The position numbers and the translations under genes are program-made. DNA of 64,000 nt from an uncultured bacterium (GTDB lineage Bacteria; Acidobacteriota; Aminicenantia; Aminicenantales; Saccharicenantaceae), in NCBI GenBank assembly GCA_937920515.1, contig CALEUG010000006.1:32000-95999 (forward strand). Reading direction: 5' to 3'. The notes beneath the pieces are model-generated. The model saw only the letters and a list, made by a program, of their open reading frames with translations, had not been told where the DNA came from and did not search any database. This document shows positions 18,836 through 27,490 of this stretch, one piece after another; the stretch's first letter is position 1, and each line of letters opens with the position of its first letter.

Positions 18836-19780
18836 TCAGCGCGAGGTTGACTTCAAATATTTTAAGAACTCGGAGTTGGTGGTCAGAATCAACCAGGTAT
18901 TTTTTGCCAGGGTGGCCCGGTAGGTTTCCAGCGTCTTCAGAAACTGGTAGAATTCCGGGTCGAGGTTGTAGGCCTGGGCATAGATTCTGGTGGCCTCAGC
19001 TTCAGCCTGACCTCTTATTTCCTGGGCCTTGCGGTAGGCTTCCGAAGTGATGATCTTCAGCTCGCGCTCTTTCTGGCCACGGATTTCAGCGCTGCGACCG
19101 TCTCCTTCCGAGCGGTACCTGGAAGCAATCCGCCTCCTTTCGGCTATCATCCGGTCAAAGACTTTTTTCTGCACTTCATCCACGTAGTTTACCCTCTTTA
19201 TCCGGACATCCTTCAGCTCGACACCAAATTCAGGCGTGATCTTTGAGGCTCTTTCCAGGATCATCTCGGCAATGCGGACCCGCCCCACCTGGATCTTGCC
19301 GATGACTTCCGAATAATCGAGCAGGGCCGATTCTTCGCTCAGGTTGAATTCCCGGTTGGTGGAGCGGACGATTTCTATCAAATCATAGCTGGCGATAACG
19401 TTCCTGGTTTCGCCATCAACCACATCATCCAGCCGGGAGTGAGCCCCCCTTTCATCCTTGACTCGCTGGTAAAAAACCAGAGGGTCGCTGATTCTCCAGC
19501 GGCAGTAGGTGTCGACCCAGATGTATTTCTTATCCCTGGTGGGAATCTGGTTGGCGTCTCCGTCCCACTCCAGCCATCTTTTCTCAAAGTAGTTGGCTTT
19601 CTGGATAAAGGGAACCTTGAAATGCATTCCGGGAGAGGTTACGGCCGTACCAATAGGCTCGCCGAACTGGGTGATGATTACCTGGTTGGTTTCGGAAACT
19701 ATGTAGATTCCATCAATCAAGGCCAGCAGCACGATAAGAATTATTATGGTTATGAGTATCTTCAGGGTGGAAGCCTTCAT
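18836..19780 (-). CDS. hflC: Protease modulator HflC (SPFH/band-7)
   Basis: N-terminal TM helix, SPFH domain and coiled-coil. Its ATG overlaps the hflK stop by 4 nt. Confidence 0.85.
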   Translation of the reverse strand: MKASTLKILITIIILIVLLALIDGIYIVSETNQVIITQFGEPIGTAVTSPGMHFKVPFIQKANYFEKRWLEWDGDANQIPTRDKKYIWVDTYCRWRISDPLVFYQRVKDERGAHSRLDDVVDGETRNVIASYDLIEIVRSTNREFNLSEESALLDYSEVIGKIQVGRVRIAEMILERASKITPEFGVELKDVRIKRVNYVDEVQKKVFDRMIAERRRIASRYRSEGDGRSAEIRGQKERELKIITSEAYRKAQEIRGQAEAEATRIYAQAYNLDPEFYQFLKTLETYRATLAKNTWLILTTNSEFLKYLKSTSR

Positions 19781-20760
19781 TTCTTCACCTCCTCTCCCAG
19801 GTTCAGCAGGGGAACCAGGTTTTTCTGGGCCTCGTCAACTATTATTTTCTTTTCTATTCCTGCCAGAACTTCTTGCAGGGTTTCCAGGTAAAGCCTTTTT
19901 CTGGTAACGGCCGGGGCCTTTGAATATTCCCGATAGATGGAAATGAATCTGGCCGCATCTCCCCGGGCATTGTTGACGCGTTCAGCCGCATAGCCTTCAG
20001 CCCCTCTTATCATCTGCTCGGCTTCTCCCTGGGCTTTGGGTATTTCCTGGTTATATTCGGCCCAGGCCTCGTTAATTTTCCGTTCTTTTTCCTGGAGGGC
20101 CTGGTTGACCTCGTTGAAAGAGGGTTTGACCGAGTCGGGCGGATTAACATCCTGGAAAATGAGCTGGTTCACTTCCAGGCCGAGTTCATAGATGTCCACC
20201 AGTTTCTGCAGGGCAGCCATGGCCTCGGCCGCCAGGTCAGCCCGGCCAAAGGTGATAACCTCGTCCACCGAGACGTCTCCCACCACCTGTCTGACCACGG
20301 CTTCGGTCATGGCCCGGAAAGTCTGAACCGGGTCTCGCACCTTGAACAGGAATTTATACGGGTCTTTAATCTTGTATTGCACAATCCACTCGGCCACCAC
20401 CACGTTCAGGTCGCCGGTCAGCATCATCGATTCCTTCTTGGTTTCTTCGTTCACGTAATATTCAGATTTTACCCCTGGCCTGGCCGTGCGGTAGCCGAAC
20501 TCCAGCTTGAGCTGGCGCTGCACCGGCACCCTGGTCAGCCTTTCAATCCCCAGCGGCAGCCTGAAGTGCAACCCTGGCTCCGTGGTCCTGACGAAGCGGC
20601 CGAAACGCAGGACGACCCCGATCTCCTCTGGTTTGATCTGGTAGATCGAGGTGGCCAGCAGGATTATGGCCAGAATTGCGGCAGCCGCATACTGGAGCCA
20701 GCGGGCCGGAATCCTGGGCAGGTCGTAGCCGGACCAGCCGGTCTTGAATTCTCCTGGCAT
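19777..20760 (-). CDS. hflK: Protease modulator HflK (SPFH/band-7)
   Basis: TM helix, SPFH domain and coiled-coil C-terminus. It is the upstream partner of hflC. Confidence 0.85.
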   Translation of the reverse strand: MPGEFKTGWSGYDLPRIPARWLQYAAAAILAIILLATSIYQIKPEEIGVVLRFGRFVRTTEPGLHFRLPLGIERLTRVPVQRQLKLEFGYRTARPGVKSEYYVNEETKKESMMLTGDLNVVVAEWIVQYKIKDPYKFLFKVRDPVQTFRAMTEAVVRQVVGDVSVDEVITFGRADLAAEAMAALQKLVDIYELGLEVNQLIFQDVNPPDSVKPSFNEVNQALQEKERKINEAWAEYNQEIPKAQGEAEQMIRGAEGYAAERVNNARGDAARFISIYREYSKAPAVTRKRLYLETLQEVLAGIEKKIIVDEAQKNLVPLLNLGEEVKK

Positions 20761-20792
20761 TATCCCTCCTCCTGGTTAATATTTTTTATATT

Positions 20793-21986
20793 TTATTTAC
20801 GGTAAATAAAAGAGCGGAAAACTTCTTTCAAATCCCCGAGGCCCGAAGCCTGATAGCTCAAGCCTTCCAGGCCGGGCTGATGGGCGGCCTTCAACCCCTG
20901 TCCGGTCATGACCAGGACCGACGTTCCGTCGAAGCGATGGCGAAGCTTGAAGTAAGCGGCCAGGGTGGAGGCTGATTCCGGCTGGACAAACAGGCCCTCG
21001 CTTCTGGCCAGTTGTTTCTGAGCCCCCAGCATATCCTCATCGCTTACCGCTGTCAGCCAGCCCTTATTAATTCTTACCAGCTTCAGGACCAGGTCTCCGG
21101 CCGGAGGATCGGGGTTGGTGATGGAATGGGCAATCGTTTTTGAAGGCTGAATTTTACTAATCGTCTCGCGCCCCTCCTCAAAAGCCCGGGCTATCGGGGC
21201 GCAGCCGGCAGCCTGGACTCCGACCAGAGTCGGGACTTTCTCTATGTATCCGGCCCGGTGCATCTCGCTGAAGCCTTTATGGAGGCCGATAAAGTGACCG
21301 CCCGAGCTGACCGGAACGTAAACATAATCCGGGGCCCGGCCGAGCTGCAGGCAGAGTTCGAAGGCTGTGAGCTTATAACCTTCCAGCCGCACCGGGTCGA
21401 CCGAATTGGCAAGATATAGGTCGAATTCTTTTCCCAGCTCATAACTTTCTCTAAAAAGCTCACCGTAATCACCTTCCACTTCGATGATCAAAGGGGAGAA
21501 AACAGAGGAGGACACCAGGGCTCCGGCCGAGGTGCCCTTTTTTACCAGCAGGACACATTTCAGGCCGGCCCGGGCGGCATAGGCCGCCGTGGAGGAAGCC
21601 ATGTTACCAGTAGAAACAGTACCCACGGCTGGCCAGCCCAGCTCCAGGGTTTTTTGTACCACCAGAACCGAACCCCGGTCTTTAAAGCTCAAAGTGGGGT
21701 TGGCCGACTCCAGCTTGGCCAGGAGGCGGCCACCTTCCTCCAGGCTGGTAAGAGACAGTAGGGGAGTTTGCCCCTCTCCCAGACTCAACTCTGGCCGGAC
21801 CTGCTTCAAAGGCAGAAAAGAAGCAAATTTTCCTATAGCCGATGTGGCCTCTTGATTGATACTTACTTTATCAGGAATTGAATTCTTAAAAACTCCGGGC
21901 TGCCCGCAGCCGGGGCAAAAGATTTCGTTGGGACGGAAAACAAATTGCTGTCCGCAAACCAGGCATTCCAGAAGGTCAGTCATCAA
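20793..21986 (-). CDS. thrC: Threonine synthase with N-terminal zinc ribbon
   Basis: CLVCG...CPGCG ribbon and the PLP lysine motif SFKDRG. Fold-type II PLP enzyme. Confidence 0.85.
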   Translation of the reverse strand: MMTDLLECLVCGQQFVFRPNEIFCPGCGQPGVFKNSIPDKVSINQEATSAIGKFASFLPLKQVRPELSLGEGQTPLLSLTSLEEGGRLLAKLESANPTLSFKDRGSVLVVQKTLELGWPAVGTVSTGNMASSTAAYAARAGLKCVLLVKKGTSAGALVSSSVFSPLIIEVEGDYGELFRESYELGKEFDLYLANSVDPVRLEGYKLTAFELCLQLGRAPDYVYVPVSSGGHFIGLHKGFSEMHRAGYIEKVPTLVGVQAAGCAPIARAFEEGRETISKIQPSKTIAHSITNPDPPAGDLVLKLVRINKGWLTAVSDEDMLGAQKQLARSEGLFVQPESASTLAAYFKLRHRFDGTSVLVMTGQGLKAAHQPGLEGLSYQASGLGDLKEVFRSFIYRK

Positions 21987-22148
21987 AAATTATCCTCTGG
22001 CTTAGTCTACCTGAAGGTTGGTGCCTTGTAAAGCCGGCAACAGCACCTTGAGTTTGACTCAAGGCCCCGGTTTAAGTCAACCAGCATTCAGGCTGAAAAA
22101 AGAAAGGTATTTGCCTCAGAGAAGCTATAGTTCTAAAATTACGATGCG

Positions 22149-22658
22149 GTGAAAAAGAAACCTGAGGCTCTTGACATCTTCTACATGCAGCTGGCTCTGG
22201 CTGAAGCCAGAAAAGCGGCAGAGAGGGGAGAGGTGCCGGTAGGAGCCGTGCTGGTTAAGGAAGGGCAGGTGCTGGCCTGCGGGCACAATCGACCTGTGTC
22301 CAGCTCCGACCCGACGGCTCATGCCGAAATAGTGGCCATCAGGAAGGCGGCCAGGAAGTGCGGTAATTACCGGCTCCCGGGTTCCACACTTTATGTAACC
22401 GTTGAACCATGCCCGATGTGCTTGGGGGCCATAGTTCAGGCCCGCCTCAAGCGGGTGGTTTTTGGGGCTGAGGATTCCAAGGCTGGAGCAGTTATTTCCA
22501 GGCTTAAATTCAGCCTGGACCAGGCCAATCACCGGCCTGAGGTCAGCGGCGGGGTTTGCCGGGAAGAATGCGGACAGCTGTTAAAGGATTTTTTTCGCCT
22601 AAAAAGACAGAGTAAAAAAAAACCCATGCTGGTTGAAAACCGGCCAACCTTCAAGTAA
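22149..22658 (+). CDS. tadA: tRNA adenosine(34) deaminase
   Basis: CDA zinc motifs HAEIVAI and PCPMCLGA. GTG start. Confidence 0.9.
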   Translation: MKKKPEALDIFYMQLALAEARKAAERGEVPVGAVLVKEGQVLACGHNRPVSSSDPTAHAEIVAIRKAARKCGNYRLPGSTLYVTVEPCPMCLGAIVQARLKRVVFGAEDSKAGAVISRLKFSLDQANHRPEVSGGVCREECGQLLKDFFRLKRQSKKKPMLVENRPTFK

Positions 22659-22671
22659 ATTACAGAGAAGC

Positions 22672-22766
22672 GGAGAGGTGGCCGAGTGGTTGAAGGCGAC
22701 GGTCTCGAAAACCGTTATTCCGGGTAATAACCGGAATCGCGGGTTCGAATCCCGCCCTCTCCGCCA
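22672..22766 (+). tRNA. tRNA-Ser (anticodon CGA), CCA encoded
   Basis: Acceptor GGAGAGG/CCTCTCC. Anticodon stem ACGGT/ACCGT with loop CTCGAAA. Long variable arm TATTCCGGGTAATAACCGGAATC. T-arm GCGGGTTCGAATCCCGC. Discriminator G then CCA. Confidence 0.93.
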
Positions 22767-22803
22767 TCATTTTTTATATAATTAGAGAAGGAAGGGTGGC
22801 CTG

Positions 22804-23835
22804 ATGCAAAAAGTAAACATCGTTCTGGCAGGGTTCGGCCGGGTGGGCCGGGCGTTTTACGAGCTATTGAAGGAAAAATACGATTATTGCCGGGAACGGT
22901 ATGGCCTGTTTCTGGAATTAAGAGGAATATTAAGAAAGTCAGGGACGGTGCTGCTCTCCGGGACCAGAAAAATGGCTTCCGAAGCCGAAACGGGCGACGG
23001 GGAAATGCCTGAACTGTCTGACTGGATTCAGACCTTCAGCCTGGTAGACCTGCTGGAAGAATTCAAGTCCGGTGTGCTGGTGGACTGCACTCCTTCTGAC
23101 CTGTCCACCGGGGAGCCGGGTTACGGCCTGATCAAGACGGCCCTGTCCCGGGGCTGGCACGTGGTAACGGCCAGCAAGGGGGCTCTGGTGGTTCACCCCT
23201 CGGAACTGGCAGCCGAAGCCCGTAAAAACCAGGTGGCTTTAAAGGCCAGTGGGGCCACTGCTGCCGCCCTGCCAACTCTGGACGTTGGCCTTCATTCTCT
23301 GGCCGGGGCCGAAATCCTGGCCATAGAAGGTATACTTAACGGAACAACCAACTACATCCTGACCAGGATGGCCGAGGGTCTGAGCTTCTCAAAAGCCCTG
23401 ATGGAAGTTAGCGAGAAAGGAATAGCCGAACCCAATCCAGTTCAGGACATAGAAGGCTGGGATACCGCGGCCAAGATGATAATCATAGCCAACCGGATTC
23501 TCGGGACTGAACTAAAACTGTCAGAGGCCAGAGTCAACGGGATTAACGGGCTGACCGAAGAAATAATGGCCAGGGCAGCCCGGATAGGCAAAACTATTAA
23601 GCTGATCGGCCGCTGCAGTCGGGAAACACCTGGGGCCCCGTGGAAGGTGGAAGTGGGGCTGGCCCTGCTCAATCCCGACCACCCCCTGGCGGCAGTTGAC
23701 GGCAGCAACAAAGGAATTATTTTTTACACCGATTGCATGGGTTACATTGTTGTGACTGGAGGCAAGTCCGACCCAAGGGGAGCAGCCGCTGCCCTGATCA
23801 AGGATATCATTTCCATCTACTGGCGTGATTTTTAG
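22804..23835 (+). CDS. hom: Homoserine dehydrogenase (short form, no ACT domain)
   Basis: N-terminal NAD fold VNIVLAGFGRVGR and substrate-domain motif NGTTNYIL. Confidence 0.85.
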   Translation: MQKVNIVLAGFGRVGRAFYELLKEKYDYCRERYGLFLELRGILRKSGTVLLSGTRKMASEAETGDGEMPELSDWIQTFSLVDLLEEFKSGVLVDCTPSDLSTGEPGYGLIKTALSRGWHVVTASKGALVVHPSELAAEARKNQVALKASGATAAALPTLDVGLHSLAGAEILAIEGILNGTTNYILTRMAEGLSFSKALMEVSEKGIAEPNPVQDIEGWDTAAKMIIIANRILGTELKLSEARVNGINGLTEEIMARAARIGKTIKLIGRCSRETPGAPWKVEVGLALLNPDHPLAAVDGSNKGIIFYTDCMGYIVVTGGKSDPRGAAAALIKDIISIYWRDF

Positions 23836-23855
23836 TCACCCCCGGGTGGCCGCAA

Positions 23856-23884
23856 TTGATTTAAGATTCTTATTCTGATAATCT
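23856..23884 (+). promoter_or_regulatory. Promoter TTGATT-17-TAATCT (with TGa extended -10) for tRNA-Ser(GGA)
   Basis: TTGATT at 23856-61 and TGATAATCT at 23876-84. The tRNA 5' end lies about 22 nt downstream. Confidence 0.4.
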
Positions 23885-23905
23885 AATGAAGAATTTCTAA
23901 CCAGC

Positions 23906-23998
<93 letters not shown>

Positions 23999-24021
23999 TC
24001 AATTTTCAAGGGAGTTATCAT

Positions 24022-25233
24022 ATGGAAAACAGGGATTACATCGTTCTGGAAGACATGTACGGTGCCCACAACTACCATCCGCTGGATGTGGTCATCACCA
24101 GGGCCAGGGGTATCTGGATGTGGGATGTGGAAGGCAAAAAGTATCTCGATTTTCTCAGCGCCTACTCGGCCGTCAACCAGGGTCACTGCCACCCGCGTAT
24201 CGTTAAAACACTCCAGAAGCAGGCCAAGAAGCTGACCCTTACTTCTCGGGCTTTCAGGAATGACCAGTGGCCTCTGCTGGCCAAAGAGCTCTGCGACCTG
24301 ACCGGTTTCAACAAGGTGCTGCCGATGAACTCAGGGGCCGAGGCGGTGGAGACGGCCATCAAGATTGCTCGTAAATGGGCTTACCTGAAAAAGGGAGTAC
24401 CCCAGGATCAGGCCGAGATTATCGCCTGCGCCAATAATTTCCATGGAAGAACCGTGACCGTCATCAGCTTTTCCACCGAGCCACTGTACCGCCAGGATTT
24501 TGGACCGTTCACCCCTGGCTTTAAGATAATTCCTTTTGGTGATGCCGCCGCCCTGGAGTCGGCCATCACTCCCAACACCGCGGCTTTCCTGGTAGAACCG
24601 ATTCAGGCCGAAGCCGGTATACTTATACCGCCTGAGGGGTTCCTGAGAAAGGCCCGGGAAATCTGTCAGAAAAACAACGTGCTGTTTATTGCCGACGAGA
24701 TCCAGACCGGGCTGGGCCGGGTCGGCCGGCTTTTTGCCTGCGAATATGAAGGCGTCAAGCCCGACCTGCTGGTCATAGGCAAATCCCTGGGCGGGGGCTG
24801 CTATGCCATATCCGCCGTTCTCTCCACCAACGAAATAATGGAAGTCATCAAACCCGGGCAGCACGGTTCGACATTTGGAGGAAACCCGCTGGCCTGCGCT
24901 GTAGCCCGCGAAGCCCTCAGGGTAATTCAGGACGAGAATCTGGTTCAGAATGCCGAAGAGAAGGGCGCCTATTTCCTGGAAAAATTGAAAACCATCAGGA
25001 GCCGGAAAATAAAAGAAGTCCGGGGCCGGGGACTGCTGATAGGCATCGAACTCCGGCCGGAAGCAGGTGGAGCTCGCCGCTATTGCGAAGAACTGATGAA
25101 GGAAGGCCTGCTCTGCAAGGAAACCCACGAGCACGTAATCAGATTTGCCCCTCCGCTCATAATCAGCAAGAGGGAACTGGACCGGGCTTTTAAGAGAATC
25201 AAAAGAGTTTTCAAGAGGCTTGAAAAAAGCTGA
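24022..25233 (+). CDS. rocD: Ornithine aminotransferase (ornithine--oxo-acid transaminase)
   Basis: I prefer the ATG at 24022 (AAGGGAG upstream) because the track start at 23938 runs through the tRNA. N-terminus ...[18 protein letters not shown]..., class-III aminotransferase, PLP lysine in VIGKSLGGG. Confidence 0.85.
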   Translation: MENRDYIVLEDMYGAHNYHPLDVVITRARGIWMWDVEGKKYLDFLSAYSAVNQGHCHPRIVKTLQKQAKKLTLTSRAFRNDQWPLLAKELCDLTGFNKVLPMNSGAEAVETAIKIARKWAYLKKGVPQDQAEIIACANNFHGRTVTVISFSTEPLYRQDFGPFTPGFKIIPFGDAAALESAITPNTAAFLVEPIQAEAGILIPPEGFLRKAREICQKNNVLFIADEIQTGLGRVGRLFACEYEGVKPDLLVIGKSLGGGCYAISAVLSTNEIMEVIKPGQHGSTFGGNPLACAVAREALRVIQDENLVQNAEEKGAYFLEKLKTIRSRKIKEVRGRGLLIGIELRPEAGGARRYCEELMKEGLLCKETHEHVIRFAPPLIISKRELDRAFKRIKRVFKRLEKS

Positions 25234-25348
25234 GCCCGAGGTGTCCAGAAAAAAGGACGCCGTGTAATAGATAGAAAACAGAGGGCTGGCCCCACCTGGG
25301 CCTAAAAACCGGCATGTTTCTTGCTCAATTAAATAGCAGGAGGACGCG

Positions 25349-26497
25349 ATGAAAAAGGCAGTCCTTATACTCTCCTTAATTCTGCTGGCTTCAAGCTGCA
25401 TCATGTACCTTCCTTACGATGAGTCCCGAAACCGGGGAGCCAGAGCCTACGAACCGCCACCGCCGCCGGTGGCTGCAGTTTACGGTGAAATTTCTATCTC
25501 CTACATCTACGATTACCTGGGTAACTACGGCTACTGGGTCTATTACAGCCCTTACGGTCATGTCTGGATCCCGAGGGGAGTTGGCCGCCACTGGCGACCC
25601 TATACCCATGGACGATGGGTCTGGACTGATTATGGCTGGACCTGGGTTTCCAACTATCCCTGGGGCTGGATTCCCTTCCACTATGGTCGCTGGGGCTGGG
25701 ATAACAGGCTGGGCTGGTTCTGGGTGCCAGGTGTCCACTGGGCTCCAGCCTGGGTAATCTGGAGATATGGGGATCTTTACATTGGCTGGGCTCCGCTGCC
25801 TCCTGGAGTGGAATTTGTTCCCGGGTATGGCCTGAGATGGACCAGAAGGGACATTCCAGTCCATTTCTGGGTATTTGTCGAAGGCAGGCGCTTCCACTCC
25901 AGCCAGCTCAGGTCCTGGATTTTGCCGCCGGAACGAAATATAACCATAATCAATTACACCGTCGTAAGAGACAGATACACCATTAGAGAACGGAATATCG
26001 TTATAAACGATGCTCTCTCTCCTCAAGAAATAGAAAGAATAACAAGAAGACCTGTCACCAGAGTTAAGGTTAATGAGGTAAAACAGCCGGAAGAAGTCGG
26101 AAGCGGAATCAACGAGGTAAGAGTATACCGACCGACTGTAAAACAGGAACAGGCCACACCCGGACAGGTGCTCAAACAGGAAGAGGTCGAGCAGATAGTA
26201 AGTCGGGTCGAGAACCTCAGGCCGGAAAACATTGAACAGGTTCACCGCCAGGAAAGTACCCTCCTGGAAAGAACGCAGAGAATGGAAATAGAACGGTTGA
26301 GAAGACAGGCCGAAGAAGAAACCAGACAGGCTCCGCCCCAGGAAAAACAGAAAAAGCTGTTAGAAATCCAGTCCAGGCTTGAAGAGCTGAAGAAAAAGCA
26401 CGAACAGGAAAAGCAGGAACTTCAGAAAAGACAGGCCGAAGAGAAAAAGGTCATCCGGAAAGATGGCCTGAAGCGCAAAACGGATGAAGAAAGATAA
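25349..26497 (+). CDS. Lipoprotein with a Trp/Tyr-rich repeat domain (DUF6600-like, from memory) and a charged coiled-coil tail
   Basis: Lipobox LLASSC. Repeats of the Y/W-G-x-W-x-x-P type (YGYWVYYSPYGHVWIPRG, GWTWVSNYPWGWIPFHYGRWGW, GWFWVPG). C-terminal E/K/Q-rich heptad-like stretch of about 120 aa. Confidence 0.6.
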   Translation: MKKAVLILSLILLASSCIMYLPYDESRNRGARAYEPPPPPVAAVYGEISISYIYDYLGNYGYWVYYSPYGHVWIPRGVGRHWRPYTHGRWVWTDYGWTWVSNYPWGWIPFHYGRWGWDNRLGWFWVPGVHWAPAWVIWRYGDLYIGWAPLPPGVEFVPGYGLRWTRRDIPVHFWVFVEGRRFHSSQLRSWILPPERNITIINYTVVRDRYTIRERNIVINDALSPQEIERITRRPVTRVKVNEVKQPEEVGSGINEVRVYRPTVKQEQATPGQVLKQEEVEQIVSRVENLRPENIEQVHRQESTLLERTQRMEIERLRRQAEEETRQAPPQEKQKKLLEIQSRLEELKKKHEQEKQELQKRQAEEKKVIRKDGLKRKTDEER

Positions 26498-26512
26498 TGA
26501 TGTGACCGGCGG

Positions 26513-27382
26513 TCAGTGGCTTAGACCGTGACTTTTCCAGGAAATTACGGCCACCGAGGCCAGAATTAACAGGCCACCGGCCACAGTCCTCAGGTCTGGC
26601 AGCTCGTTTAAAAATAAGTAGCCGAAAATAATACCGTAGACCGGTTCAAGAGAACTGATCAAACTGGAAAGCCTGGCTTCAATGAATCGCAAGCCCCTGA
26701 TAAAAATAGTGTGAGCTCCGGCCGTGCAGACCAAACCAAGAAAAAGAATCAATCCCACGCTCCCTGTTTCCAGGGGCTGGGGTCGGGGTTGATTTAAGAA
26801 CAGTGGCAACAGAAAAATCATGGCCAGACTATCCTGATAGAAAGCCAGCACCAGGCTGGAATAGCCGGGAGATAGAATCCGGTTGATTATCGCCAGAAGA
26901 GCAAAGGACAGACCCGATAGAATTCCCCAGGTTACTCCCAGAAAAACCCGGTTGCTTAAGCTGAACTCCGGAATCATCAGCCCCACACCCAGGAAACAGA
27001 CCACGGCGAAATACAAGTACGACCTCTTGAATTTTGTCTTTAAGAGCCACGGTTCCAGAAAGACCGTAAAAACAGGGAAAATGGAATAGGATAGCAATCC
27101 GACTGCCACGGTGGAAATCTGCACCGAGCGGAAAAAGGCAGTCCAGTGAAAGGCCAGCAAAAATCCGGCAGCCAGAAGCAGTAGTCTTGGTTTCCGCCCG
27201 TAAACCAGCGGTTTAAGTTTCTGGAGCAGGAGGACTGCCAGCAGTCCCAGGCTGGCCAGGAAAACCCGCCACCAGGTCAGTTGAACCGGGTTGAGAGGCA
27301 GGATTTTACCGATGACCCCGGGAAAGCCGAAAAAAAGAACGGCCAGATGGACCAGAAGCAGACCTTGAGTCCTGGGTTTCAT
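26513..27382 (-). CDS. EamA/DMT-family transporter
   Basis: 289 aa, about 10 hydrophobic helices with a duplicated EamA-like architecture. Confidence 0.75.
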   Translation of the reverse strand: MKPRTQGLLLVHLAVLFFGFPGVIGKILPLNPVQLTWWRVFLASLGLLAVLLLQKLKPLVYGRKPRLLLLAAGFLLAFHWTAFFRSVQISTVAVGLLSYSIFPVFTVFLEPWLLKTKFKRSYLYFAVVCFLGVGLMIPEFSLSNRVFLGVTWGILSGLSFALLAIINRILSPGYSSLVLAFYQDSLAMIFLLPLFLNQPRPQPLETGSVGLILFLGLVCTAGAHTIFIRGLRFIEARLSSLISSLEPVYGIIFGYLFLNELPDLRTVAGGLLILASVAVISWKSHGLSH

Positions 27383-27467
27383 TTTCAGGGATTTTATACG
27401 TTATATCAGAAATAATTGCCAGAGGTTTTTATGGACAGCGCGGCCGGTTTGAATTTTACGCGGGTTG

Positions 27468-27476
27468 TGGTAAGAT
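27468..27476 (+). promoter_or_regulatory. Extended -10 promoter candidate (TGgTAAGAT) upstream of dnaX
   Basis: Motif at 27468-76, 15-30 nt upstream of the candidate dnaX starts. Confidence 0.3.
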
Positions 27477-27490
27477 AACGCCTGATCTCG

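Noticed and set aside
24331-25404. Very long antisense ORFs mirroring well-supported genes. Examples: 24331-25404 (357 aa, opposite rocD), 36663-37949 (428 aa, opposite the sigma-54 regulator), 32137-33222 (361 aa, opposite PFOR), 27509-28375, 42483-43403, 47427-48335, 54421-55359, 25391-26245 and 59685-60314.
   Set aside because: Each lies entirely opposite a CDS with clear family motifs. They have G/P/R/Q-rich low-information composition, no SD and no recognisable domain. This is the usual stop-codon depletion on the antisense frame of codon-biased genes, not overlapping genes.
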